Below, one piece after another: positions 14,031 through 27,210 of a stretch of DNA of 64,000 bases (the stretch's first letter is position 1; each line of letters opens with the position of its first letter). The notes below the pieces were generated by a model. It saw only the letters and a program-made list of their open reading frames with translations, was not told the DNA's origin and searched no databases. The position numbers and the translations under genes were made by a program. Source of the DNA: Octopus bimaculoides (taxonomy: Eukaryota); the NCBI RefSeq assembly GCF_001194135.2, contig NC_068984.1:20869117-20933116 (forward strand), read 5' to 3'.

Positions 14031-16043
14031 AGGAAAAAATAAGACCTGGATTAATAACATTAGCAACAACAGAAAGATCGACAACGTCCACAATTGTAGC
14101 AGAAACTGTGGAAACTGCAACAACAGTGACACCATTAACATTAACATCAACTTCATCTAGCAACGAATGTGACGAAGAATATTGACAGTCAAAATGTAAT
14201 GGCCACTCAGAGGCATTCAAACATTTCTCCTCCGTTCCTGTTTGCTCCCCACCTACAAGTGAAATTGCAGATATAATTACAGGAGGAAACATGCACCTAC
14301 CCCTGTGCGGGGTGGAGTCTTCAGATCGGACATCAGGTGACGAGGAGCGAAGGCAAAGAAAGCAGAAAAAAAGTTAAAAGAACGACAAAAAATCAAGAAA
14401 AGAAACAAAGCACAAAGCAACATCAACTCAACATTGATCCTAAACAACACAAAATTTACAACGAATACACCATCTCTACAAAGAGCAACAAATCAATGAT
14501 ACACACACGAAACAACAAATATACAAGGGGAAAATCAGAAGAGAAACACCCAAATGCAGAAAACCATACCGACAAAAACACACCACCATCACAACCAACA
14601 ACAAATTGCACCCAACTTTCTTTTAGTAAGAAGGAAAAATGAAGAACTGCTCTCTTACATAGTGCAAAAATGAGACAGAGACAATCCGCCGGAGGGACCG
14701 AAATTGGTTAAACTGCCAGTTAGTTGTTATAGGGAAATGAAAGAATTTCTCACATGACATTGGGAACCCACGCGTCACGGGCTCGAATAGGCTACTCAAG
14801 GGTTTTCCCCTCAGAAACCCCATACAGAAAACGAGGCATAGATGTGTGATAAGAAGCTTTCTTCCCAACCACATGGTTCTGGGTTCAGTCCCACTGCGTG
14901 GCACCCTGGGCTAGTGTCTTCTACTGTAGACTCAGGCCAACCAAAACCTTGTGAGTGAATTTGGTTGATGCAAACTGAAAGAAGCCCGTCGTACATATAT
15001 ATATATANNNNNNNNNNNNNNNNNNNNNNNNNNNNNNNNNNNNNNNNNNNNNNNNNNNNNNNNNNNNNNNNNNNNNNNNNNNNNNNNNNNNNNNNATATT
15101 GTATAAAGATCGTAGGTAAGGCCAAAACAATAGATATGTGTGTGTATGTGTACGCGCGTATGTGTACGCGCGTATGTGTGTCCATGTCCTTGCTTTTGTG
15201 TTCACCCTTCCCCCACCGCTTGACAACCGGTAGTGGTGCTGTTTCGGAAAGACTGAGCTTCGTGATATAGTTGATTTGAAGCCGGGTAATAAGTTGGTGA
15301 TCCTGGACGTAAAAACAGTGGTGCCTTCAGACTATGTATGGCCCTATTGGGGTTGGAGTAGGTGAATTTTGTCAGGTGTTTGGAGGTTTTCCTTGGGATG
15401 TCACGTTCTTTTGTTCCTGTAGGTGATTGGGCCGCCATTTTGGATGCACCTCTGGACTGTATGAGGCTAGCTGACAGGAGAAGTGCGAGTAGAAACAAAA
15501 GTAATGAGATTATTAGTGCAGAGTAGAAAACCTAGTTGTTACATTTGAGAAACTTGAAAGAGAGAGAGAGAGAGAGAGAGAGAGATAGTGGCGTAGCTAT
15601 GATTTATGTGTATGCGGAATAAATAAATGGTTAGAATGAACTTGGAATATACTCCGAGAAAGTAAATAGGCTTGTATTTACCAATGCATATATTTTGTTC
15701 TTTGCGTTCTGGGATATATGGATACTTCAGTAACTACTCGCTTTTTTTCAACCGATTAAGAAAAGAACAAATTCCCAGGAAGCTTTGTCATAAATAGCAC
15801 TTGGTCACAAAGATTTGGATGCAAAACTCCTAGTACGAGCAAGGGGTAATAAAGCGAATGCGATTATATACAATTGGAAAAAACCCCGTCTGAGATTGTG
15901 AAAATACATTCAGAGCGATCTGTTGTGTGTGCGCCGTGTACGCTCACACGCACCTACACATACACACGTAATTAGATCATTCGGAATGTGCTGCGTTTAA
16001 CAAGTGTTTACACCGCACACCCACACAATACGCACGCACGCAC

Positions 16044-16148
<105 letters not shown>

Positions 16149-16245
16149 TGTATATGTGTATGTATGTGTGAGTGAACGTGGGTGTGCGAACGCGCGTTTG
16201 TGTTGCTGTTAAGCAATTATACGGTTTCCCATTTACAGTGCCTGG

Positions 16246-16308
<63 letters not shown>

Positions 16309-16940
16309 TGTATGTATGTATATATGTATGTATGTATGTATGTCTGTATGTATATACTTACAAACGTGCCTCGTATATAGGCCTGCTCAATCAGGGCTGA
16401 CCTGGGGGCTAGACAACAAGTATTCTCTTCTCTGCCAAATTAGGTATACCTGTCTCTTTCGACGGATGGTAGACGTAGTTTAAACAACTAATTTTTGATT
16501 ACTTCCTATGTACAAGGTTCTATAGAGACTATCAGTCTAGACGATGTGTGAGCGGGTCGAATGTCTTGGTACAGAAACAGTGAGTTAGGGTATGTGGAAA
16601 TGTCTCGGTTTTGGAGTCAGCAGGGTGTTCTCAGAGATAATTCAAGATAGGTGTACACCTTGTATGTATGTATGTATGTATGTATGTATGTATGTATGTA
16701 TGTATGTATGTATGAATTATATATATATATATTTATATATGTATATATGTATGTATATGTATGTATGTGTATATATATATNNNNNNNNNNNNNNNNNNNN
16801 NNNNNNNNNNNNNNNNNNNNNNNNNNNNNNNNNNNNNNNNNNNNNNNNNNNNNNNNNNNNNNNNNNNNNNNNNNNNNNNNNNNNNNNNNNNNNNNNNNNN
16901 NNNNNNNNNNNNNNNNNNNNNNNNNNNNNNNNNNNNNNNN

Positions 16941-16984
<44 letters not shown>

Positions 16985-17545
16985 CGTGAACATATATACA
17001 TATATACTCATATAAACAGATGGATCTCCGTCGGTTTCGACGACGAGGACTCAGTTGTTCGATCAGTCGCGTGCACATCAACTTAACGTGTAAAGTGGCT
17101 GAATATTCCAGAAACATATTCTCGTAATTATCTGAAAGAATTAGCGTGACACAGTGTGTGACAAAGTTTACTCTTTTAATAACATGTGTAATCCAACTAA
17201 TAGACTTCTGTACAGAGTCCGTCCGCGCAATCTCAAGGACAATCCCAAAATGTTACACTGAGATCGAACAGAGAACCTCATGGTTGTGAAGCAAACTTCC
17301 CAACCATTCGGCTATACTACTACTTCTACTACTACTACTAACGTACACTCATACACACATGTATGTTATACATACACACAAAAACATATCTCTATCTACA
17401 TTGCAACCAAAAGACAAAAAACTCCCTCAAGGGAGAAAAACTTCCTGTAGTGGGAAGACTATGTCTTCTATTTAGGTTGTATGGAAATGTCTTGATTTGG
17501 AGTCAGTGGGGTTTTCGAACAGATAATTTCAGATAACTATATATC

Positions 17546-17661
<116 letters not shown>

Positions 17662-17824
17662 TACGTCAGCACGATCAGTTATTACGTTCGTGGGAATGTC
17701 TATTAACAATGTGCGCGCATATGTATTACTGTACAGGCGTTGATGAAAGTGGTTAAACCTGCGCTGTTCACTTAACTCACTCAACCTCTCCGTCTCTCTA
17801 AGTCGTTCTGTGTTTCTGTTTGCG

Positions 17825-17889
<65 letters not shown>

Positions 17890-17989
17890 GTACGTGTGTG
17901 TGTGTGTATGCAAGTGTGTTTGTGTGCGTTTACATGCATATTACATATTAGACTCGCTCGCACACACACAAACACTCAGAAACACACAG

Positions 17990-18213
17990 ATACTGTTTTT
18001 CCAGAGTTAACATAAAGAATAATGCCTCCCGCAGCATCTTCCAGTCTGTGAAGCAGGGTAGTGGCTCCTGCAGTCGTAACTGTTATTAGAGCTAAAACAT
18101 CGGCATAATGTAAATTTGTTATTGTTGAGGGTGGGTATCTGGAATTTCTTGATTTTGTACGGGTAAAGCTAAGTTTCTTGCTGTTATCTACTGAAGTGCG
18201 GAGTGCATAAACA

Positions 18214-18283
<70 letters not shown>

Positions 18284-18800
18284 TCTAAATGAGTAAGGTA
18301 TGAGGGTGTCTCCTTGTAAAACTCTAGCAAGAATGTCGAAAATGCCTTGATCGAGTGAAAGTACTTTAGCTCGTGTGTTTTGGTGAAGCATCATTGTTAC
18401 CGCTACTGTTTCTTGGAAGATTCCAAAGGCTAGTAGAATTTGTTGTGTCTTATTTCTGATTGAAAGGCTTTTGAAAAATCCATAAATATCAAACAGACTA
18501 GCAAGAAGATTCTTTGCTTGGCTGTCCTCTATAATTTGTCTGACAGTTTATACTAAACTATTTTCTTGAGCGGTTCTTTCTTTATCCATTCTAGTTTATG
18601 CGAAGAATTTTCTTGAACTTCGGTTAGATACGATTGTGTATTGTCATATTAAAGATCTTAGTTGTTATAGCTATTAATGTAATACTCTGGTAATTCTACA
18701 CTAAATTACATGTTTTAGAGAAAAGTGTGATAAAACTCTGAGTCCATTTATTGATTGGATTTTGATTGTAGTCAGAGTTGCAATTTGGAGAAGTATTTCA
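17990..18800 (-). pseudogene. RTE-clade LINE RT core fragment, degenerate, split by a (TA)n(GA)n microsatellite
   Basis: Minus strand CNSDYNQNPINKWTQSFITLFSK..NYQSITLIAIT..RKNRS..FMDFSKAF..MMLHQNTRAKV..LQGDTLIPYSF..HYADVLAL..VNSGK. Confidence 0.8.
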
Positions 18801-19439
18801 TTAATCTTGATATTGGCACTGTTGTGCAGAAAGGTCTCCTGAACTGCATCCTGGGAAGATCCACTCGACAAATTGATATTCAGACTCTAATGGACCCACT
18901 CCAGGCTTGGACCTTTAGGTACACTTTTCTTCTCTCTGCCTTATCTATTGCAACTAAAATGGCTTCCATTCCTTGGCGCAGGCTGGTCTCGTACCTCCAC
19001 CTTTCTTCATTTTACCTTCCGTCACTCTTGGTGCATCCAACACTCACAGCACCGCACTGACCGTTAGGCCTAATCCTTTCTTCACAGGGTATTTGTTCTC
19101 TGAAATCTTTTCTCTGATCATGTTTTTCTTGCTGCTTTGACTTTAACAGTTTAAATGAATCAGTAATAACATCAAGGTCAAGTCTCGGGGCGCCTGCGAG
19201 CGTCATGGATAATGCATTTTCCTGCAACAAGTGTCAACAAGATAGAAAAGAAGAAAGAAACGTCTCAGCCGATGTTTTTCCAAGCCAGTTGCATTCCTGA
19301 TTTTGAGTTTGGTCAGAGTCCCTATCCATTTGCCGTGAAGTTGACGCATTTGATATTCAGTTCGTATTTTATAACAGTTTTTCCAGGCCTGTTAGTGTTG
19401 ACAAGTTTCTCGCCAAAACATTCTTTAGGCTGCCATCTG

Positions 19440-19970
19440 AAATCAAGAAGCTCGATGAAACCAATGAATTCTATCATGTACCGTGGAAGCGACATAGTGT
19501 TTACAGATATTATACTATGTATTGGTAAAGCTTGGGCAGGACTTAAAAGTTTCAACATTGTTTGGAAATCCAAAATCCTGGCAAAGCTTAAGAGGAACAT
19601 CCTCAAAGTGATTGAACCTGTGTCTTTATGAATCCTCTACCTGATTACTAATCAAAAATATTGAAAATATATTGGATGACACCTATATGCACATGCTTCA
19701 CGTCATTGTAATTATGAACAGGAAAAACACTTCTCCAAAAGAAAATTATGCCACTAGGTACATAAAAGTATCAGACACATTAGAGAAAGAAGAGTTCGCT
19801 GTGCTGGACATTAGTGAAAAAGTAAAGAGGAGCTGCTTAGTGACACGCTACTTTGGTCAGTCTGTGAAGACAGACATTGCTCATTTAGCAAATAACACTG
19901 AATGTCACCGAGAGGGACTAGCACGTGTCATCTAATAAAAAGACGAGTGGAGGATCAGGGACATGTGAAT
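19440..19970 (+). pseudogene. RTE-clade LINE RT thumb/3' fragment
   Basis: MYRGSDI..DIILCIGKAWAGLKSFNIVWKSKILAKLKRNILK..LDDTYMHML matches the RTE FKYLGS..IGKAW..LDGTYTRML region. Confidence 0.75.
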
Positions 19971-20063
19971 CCGAGCGAGATCGACCCAATGATGATAATG
20001 ATAATGATGGTAATGATGATGATGAGGAGATATATGTATGTGTGTATATTTGTTTATCTTCCT

Positions 20064-20121
<58 letters not shown>

Positions 20122-20253
20122 CTATCTGTATGTATGTATGTATGTTGTATGCATACGCACGCATATATCTACATATACTCACATTATATATATATATATA
20201 TAAATATATATATATGTATAAATATATATATATATATATAGATAAATATGTAT

Positions 20254-20298
<45 letters not shown>

Positions 20299-21242
20299 AA
20301 TATATATATATATAAATATATATGTATATACACACATATATATAAATATGTATATGCATACATATACACACACTATGCACTCAGACATATATGCACATGT
20401 ATATATATATATATATATATATATCCTCTCTCTCTCTTACAAACACACTCACATACGTAGACTTACACACACACTCAGCTTCTTACTTATCCATTTTGCT
20501 AATGACCTTCCTACATTCTCAGCCACCTAACAAAACCACCACCTTACTCACTAACCGACGCGACACTAGTTTATATACCACACAAGTTCTCTCTCATCCC
20601 ACGTGCCCTGTTTGATGTTTTCCTTACCTATATCTATATCAAAGCTTCGGCTACCGCCCATAGATTCTCTCAAGTGTGGACACTTTCAGTGATCAGCGTC
20701 CTTTCTCCCTCTTACAGCTTCTCAACTAACTTTCTGAGAACAAAGTCAGTCGACATTTTTTCTTTGTGATTTTTCTACGTTACGTGTTGTGTTACACACA
20801 CATACTACACACACTCACTCACATACGTTCACTCTTTCTTTCTTTCTTTCTTGCTCGCACGCACACGCACGCACACGCACACAAATACATTTTCACGAAC
20901 GTGCATACATTATACAAACACTTACACTCTCTCGATGCGTGTGCGCACGTACATGCGTATATACATATATCAATACATGCATGCATGTGTAGGTTTATGT
21001 GTTTCTGTACGTGAGTGTATAGGTTCCCGAGCAAAACAATGCACTGGAGCCCATAGTATTTATTTATTAACAGTAAACCACAACATACATAGATTAATTA
21101 CCATTGGGCTATTAGCTCCGCGGAAACACCAGGGCAACTGCTCACTGTTCTCAAACCTCTAGATAGCACTTAAAACACCTCTCCCTCTCTTCCCCCTTTA
21201 TTGTATTGGATAAGTCACTACATCGACTTCACGACAGAGAAA

Positions 21243-21430
21243 TCTGGTAAATTTTCAGATTAACACCCGCACGATTTTCACTAGGGTGTTAGGGTTAGGG
21301 TTTTAGGGTTAGGGTTAGGATTCTAGGGTTAAGGTTAGGGTTAGGGTTTTAGGGTTAGGGTTAGGGACGGGATTCCCACCCTAACACCCTAGTGAAAATC
21401 GTGCGGGTGTTAATCTGAAAATTTACCAGA
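21243..21430. repeat. 53-bp perfect inverted repeat enclosing a (TTAGGG)-variant array
   Basis: 21243-21295 is the exact reverse complement of 21378-21430; the interior is TTAGGG/TTTTAGGG/TTAAGG units. Confidence 0.9.
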
Positions 21431-24359
21431 AATTTTACCCCTGTAAAATGCTTCTCGCTGTTGTTGCTTTCGGCTCTGACTGAACAGACCTATGAGTAGC
21501 TATTCAAGCCAAGTCTACTCCGTCTTATTAAAGACAAGGATCCACAGTTTCTTTCTGTCTTAAGTCAGTAGGGGAAGATCTGGGTGAGTTTGAAATGTTA
21601 ATTCTAGCAGACTTGAATATATTTTTGTCATTCTGTTGGTTAGATATTCACAAGTATATAGACTCCTTTTTATTAACGCTTTAACAATAAGTGTTTGAGG
21701 TGGCAAATTCGGGAGTCGATAGAGCATCGGAAAGAATGTTATTGCGGTATTCGTTCCGGATATCTGTGTTGTGTTCAAATCGCGCCGAGTTCAGTTTTGC
21801 CTATCATTCTTACGTGGTCGATAAATGAAGTACCAGTCCAGGAGGTGGGCTTGGCAGAGTTATTAGAACGTCGGAAAGATGCTTTATGGTATTTGCTACA
21901 GTTCTTTCTTTTCGTTCTGAATTCAAATCCTACGTGGATACCGCCGGCGGTGAGAACTGCATTGTTCCGGCCTTACACAACAAATCTCTTTATATATATA
22001 TATATATATCGATAAATGTATGTGTATTTTTTCAATGTGTACAAATAACACAACAGATAAATAAAGAAACGGAGTTAAACGCAGGTATTATTCAAATCCT
22101 TATACTTCCGACATATGTTTCGAAGAAAACATTGGTATTATTCCAGAGGGAAGAAAATTATGTAAAACAATGCGATCTTCTCATCAGGGAAAAAAAGAGA
22201 AACAACATCAGTAAGCCATTTTAACCGAATGGTTTACTGNNNNNNNNNNNNNNNNNNNNNNNNNNNNNNNNNNNNNNNNNNNNNNNNNNNNNNNNNNNNN
22301 NNNNNNNNNNNNNNNNNNNNNNNNNNNNNNNNNNNNNNNNNNNNNNNNNNNNNNNNNNNNNNNNNNNNNNNNNNNNNNNNNNNNNNNNNNNNNNNNNNNN
22401 NNNNNNNNNNNNNNNNNNNNNNNNNNNNNNNNNNNNNNNNNNNNNNNNNNNNNNNNNNNNNNNNNNNNNNNNNNNNNNNNNNNNNNNNNNNNNNNNNNNN
22501 NNNNNNNNNNNNNNNNNNNNNNNNNNNNNNNNNNNNNNNNNNNNNNNNNNNNNNNNNNNNNNNNNNNNNNNNNNNNNNNNNNNNNNNNNNNNNNNNNNNN
22601 NNNNNNNNNNNNNNNNNNNNNNNNNNNNNNNNNNNNNNNNNNNNNNNNNNNNNNNNNNNNNNNNNNNNNNNNNNNNNNNNNNNNNNNNNNNNNNNNNNNN
22701 NNNNNNNNNNNNNNNNNNNNNNNNNNNNNNNNNNNNNNNNNNNNNNNNNNNNNNNNNNNNNNNNNNNNNNNNNNNNNNNNNNNNNNNNNNNNNNNNNNNN
22801 NNNNNNNNNNNNNNNNNNNNNNNNNNNNNNNNNNNNNNNNNNNNNNNNNNNNNNNNNNNNNNNNNNNNNNNNNNNNNNNNNNNNNNNNNNNNNNNNNNNN
22901 NNNNNNNNNNNNNNNNNNNNNNNNNNNNNNNNNNNNNNNNNNNNNNNNNNNNNNNNNNNNNNNNNNNNNNNNNNNNNNNNNNNNNNNNNNNNNNNNNNNN
23001 NNNNNNNNNNNNNNNNNNNNNNNNNNNNNNNNNNNNNNNNNNNNNNNNNNNNNNNNNNNNNNNNNNNNNNNNNGTTCTACTACACTTTGACAATTTTCGA
23101 TTTCTTGGCATCTGAAGCAGCTGGAGGTGCGATAGTTTGACCAAAAGAACCGTCTTTTGCAAGCAAAAATAAATATTAAAAAAAAAAAAAAAAAATAAAA
23201 ACGCATTTGGCCAAATTTAACATAATAGCAACTATTTATTCTGCTTTTCCTTCAGAATACGGATGGTTTCGTCCTTATCTTCAAAGTAGTTTTGGCATTC
23301 ATTTATATGTCTTCGAGCACACTCCACCTATCTCTCTCTCTATATATATATATACATGTATACACGCACACACACGCGCACACACACGCACACATATGGT
23401 GGGGGATGTAGTGATGCTGATTATGAATATCAACAATATGGAAAATACATCAAATGAGCATTCTGCACACTAAACCCAACCGTATGTGTACTAAATATAC
23501 AGTAGAATTACAAGATGTAACCATTTTGTCATTTTGTTTTGCTTATCTTTTCTTTTTAAACGATGGGACATATTTGGGGAAATTTCAGCTGCTACTTTTA
23601 ATTGTTCGAACGAGTATCTAGTGACACCTAGTGACTCTCGTTGTTGTCATAATCGGTACATGAAGGTTTCTATTTCTATTTATAGAAAGGTTAGCAGTAG
23701 TAAAGTATTTTGAACATTTATACAGTGTAGTCTCAATACCGGGATTCGAACCTCCGATCCTCCACCGATTTTCTGATACGATATCCACTTGGCCAGCTGT
23801 GAATTGATTCCTGTAGAATTTAGTTATGGTCTTTTACGTTCTAAGTTCAAATTCCGCAGAGGTCCATTTATCATTTCATTCTTTCGGATTTAGACAAAAT
23901 ATAGTAACTTGTCAAGTAATCGTATCGATTTAACATCGTCAAAGCACAAAAATATTAACAAGTTTTTCTACTAAAGGCATAAGACCTGCAATTTTAGAGA
24001 AGTGGGGGTTAGTCGATTACAACTTATTTTGTCGACCCCGAAAGGATGAAATAATAATAGTAATAATAACAACAACAATAATAATAATGATATTTTCTAC
24101 TCTAGGCACAAGGCTCGAAATTTTTGGGGAGGGGGCCAGTCAATTAGATCAACTCCAGTACGCAACTGGTACTTAATTTATCGATCCTGAAAGGATGAAA
24201 GGCAAAATCATCTTCGGCGGAATCTGAACTCAATAATAATAATAATGATAATGGAAATTTGGTTTGTGGAGTTACTTATAACCAGAGTGAGTTAACTATG
24301 TATAAATTGTCAATCCACCTATTCAGTTACAACGTAAACAATTTCTTTTCTACTTTGGG

Positions 24360-24402
<43 letters not shown>

Positions 24403-25027
24403 CCACATAAGCTAATCAATCGATTCGCCTTCAGTTATATACACACACACAACTACACACCCACGTGCTTACATGCAGTAACACCACACACAAACACACA
24501 CCTATGTACATATACACATGCACACATGCGTACACACTCACCTACATCCACCCACACTATAAACATATTGTCAGTGGCACGTCCACGGTCCTATACGTCA
24601 ATATGCTTCCTTTTATTAAAGAACTGATCGCTCGCTTATTGTTTCCTTGGACAAACTTTCTCTTAGTTGTGAAACCTAATTCTCTATTTTGTTCTGGTCA
24701 CTTGTCCACACACACATACACTCACACACTACACTGTCACACTATACACCAAACAACAGCACTCACACGACATTACTTCACTATCCACTATATTACAACA
24801 TTACCCACCACACTCCACACTGCAATACTCCTCACCACACAGTAGCGTTATCATAACATTGCCTACCACTTTGCAACATTATCCATCACACAACAACACT
24901 ACCCACCACATTATAATACTACCCACCACTCCGCAGTATTACTCAACATTTAAAAAAAAATTCCTTATTTTGTAAAAAAAATAAAAAAAAATTTTAAAAA
25001 AGAGAGAGATTTCGTATGATTATATAC

Positions 25028-25805
25028 ATATTTATTCTTATTACGTCTAGACAGTTTCAGATGCAAAATATGTTTATTGCTGTTATTTAGGAGAATAACT
25101 TTTCTTTTATGACGAGAGCGCGATTAACACACATCGAATTCTGGGACACCGGTATTTCGATATGCTGTGTCTAGTCAGTCAGAAGCACCCGAACCATTGA
25201 GGCTAAACCGAGCCGCTGGCTTTGTTTATACTTTCAGCGAACAAATTGTTTGCTGATCAGTGCTTATATCTGTCATCTGATAATTAAAAAAATCGTTATT
25301 TGCACCGTGTAGAGCAAGATCTGGAACGAATATTTGCATATTTATTCTTAATACGTCGAGTCAAGATCATATGCAAAATATGCTGGTGGCTGTAGTGTAT
25401 GTCACGAGAGAATAACTTCTCTCTTTTACGACAACAAACTGTTCAACGCTCTCGATTCATTGGTGCAAGGGATTCTGGTACAAAGGTGTCTCGACTGCTG
25501 TACACGATGCAAATAGCGATTTTTTTTATCGGTTGGTCGATAGAAGCACCGATCATAAAAAACAGTTTGTTCGCTGAAAGTATAATCAAAGCCAGCAGCT
25601 AGGTTTAGGCTCAATGGTTCGTATGCTTAAAGCTGATGAGACACAACACATCGAAACACTGATGTCTCAAAATCCTGTGCGCTTTGAACCAAGTGTGTTA
25701 AACATACAGTCGTCGTAAAAGAGAAGTTATTCTCCTGTGACGTTGAACATATTTTGCGTCTGAACCTGCATATTTATTAAGAATGAATATGCAAATATTC
25801 GTTCT
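25028..25805. repeat. Nested inverted repeats (Penelope pseudo-LTR-like) with two decayed hammerhead motifs
   Basis: 25028-25315 is an inverted diverged copy of ~25490-25790; 25325-25440 is an inverted copy of ~25700-25805. Hammerhead-like motifs at 25139-25184(-) and 25627-25672(+). Confidence 0.75.
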
Positions 25806-26440
25806 TATTTTGTAGCCCATTGTTTTATCCCAGTTAAAACCAATAATGCTCTCTACAAAAATCTACATTTTTCTATCTTCAACAGTCTTTATTGTCGACG
25901 GCAGATTATTGAATAGTCAAGACTGCATTATAATACTTATGTATCTATGTCAGAAAATTCTCTATACAAAGAGTAAACACATTCTTCACTAGACAATACC
26001 CCACACATGAGAAATTCATAGTATCTAGAATACCGCTTGTTTGATAAGAATACTCCACTAATCAACATTCTATAACTTCTGAATACAGTCTATCCTCCCA
26101 ACAACGCTCTCTGCTCTTTTGTAGTTGTTGAGTGTGTATATTCCTCTACAGTTTTCCTATTGTCTCTTCTGTTATCACTCGTCTCATCTCATTGTAAACT
26201 CTTTTTTCTTCGTTAGGTCCTTCCCACAGAACGTTCTCAATCACTTCCGTCTAACACTATTCGGCTATTATTGTTGCTAGCTCTCTCACACGACTCAAAA
26301 CTGTGTCTTCAGATTCACTTTTGGTACATCTTTGGCAATAATGTTTGTTAATTAATTCCCTGCATCCTATTATTTTATAGTTAGAACGTTTCATGTTGAT
26401 GAAGTAAAATAGTGCTATTGCTAAAATATGAAGGATATAT

Positions 26441-26474
<34 letters not shown>

Positions 26475-26984
26475 TGGGGGAGGGAGAGAAGTCGACCACC
26501 ACGTTCATCCAGTTACTAAGCTGTCCTAATCTCAAACGAATATTTTTGAAGTGAAGAATATTCTTAATTGGAATGGAATGCTAAGTTATGATGCCAGATA
26601 TGGTGATAGAGTTCGTGTTGCTTCTGTTGATCAGCCACGGTTTAAAATAAAAATCCAGACAAATAGTATTAAGTATCTTGTCTAAGGACATATGTAATTC
26701 AACACCTAGAAGGGGATATATAATCTCAAAACCATCTGCAAAGTGTTTATGATAAAACATTCACCCACAAACGTCAAATCTACTCGACACGCCAGCAGTT
26801 CAGCCAGGTGCCTCTTCAACAGTCCATGAAGAATTGAAAAATAATATTGTTTACTCTAATAATAAAGAAAAAAAGTACCATGTTACGCAACTATATTGAT
26901 TTTAATATTCTGGTGATCCCAGTGCACTTCAGAACATCGGGAAATATTTTAATATAAATTACTTAAACAGACTTCTCCCTTCAC

Positions 26985-27020
<36 letters not shown>

Positions 27021-27082
27021 CTCTCACACTCTCTCTCTCTCTCTCACACTCTATCTCCTCTCACAGTTCTCCATCACACGGT

Positions 27083-27210
27083 ATGGAAGGCACGTAGTCT
27101 AGTGATTAGGGTGTTGGGCTTGCGGTCGTGGGTTCGATTCTTCTACTGGGCAACGCGTTGTGTCGTTGCTCCAGTTCTCTCAGCTGAAAATGAGTACCAG
27201 CAGCAATTGA
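27083..27210 (+). mobile_element. tRNA-derived SINE head
   Basis: GTAGTCTAGTGATTAG (A-box-like) and GGGTTCGATTCT (B-box) with tRNA-like spacing. Confidence 0.6.
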
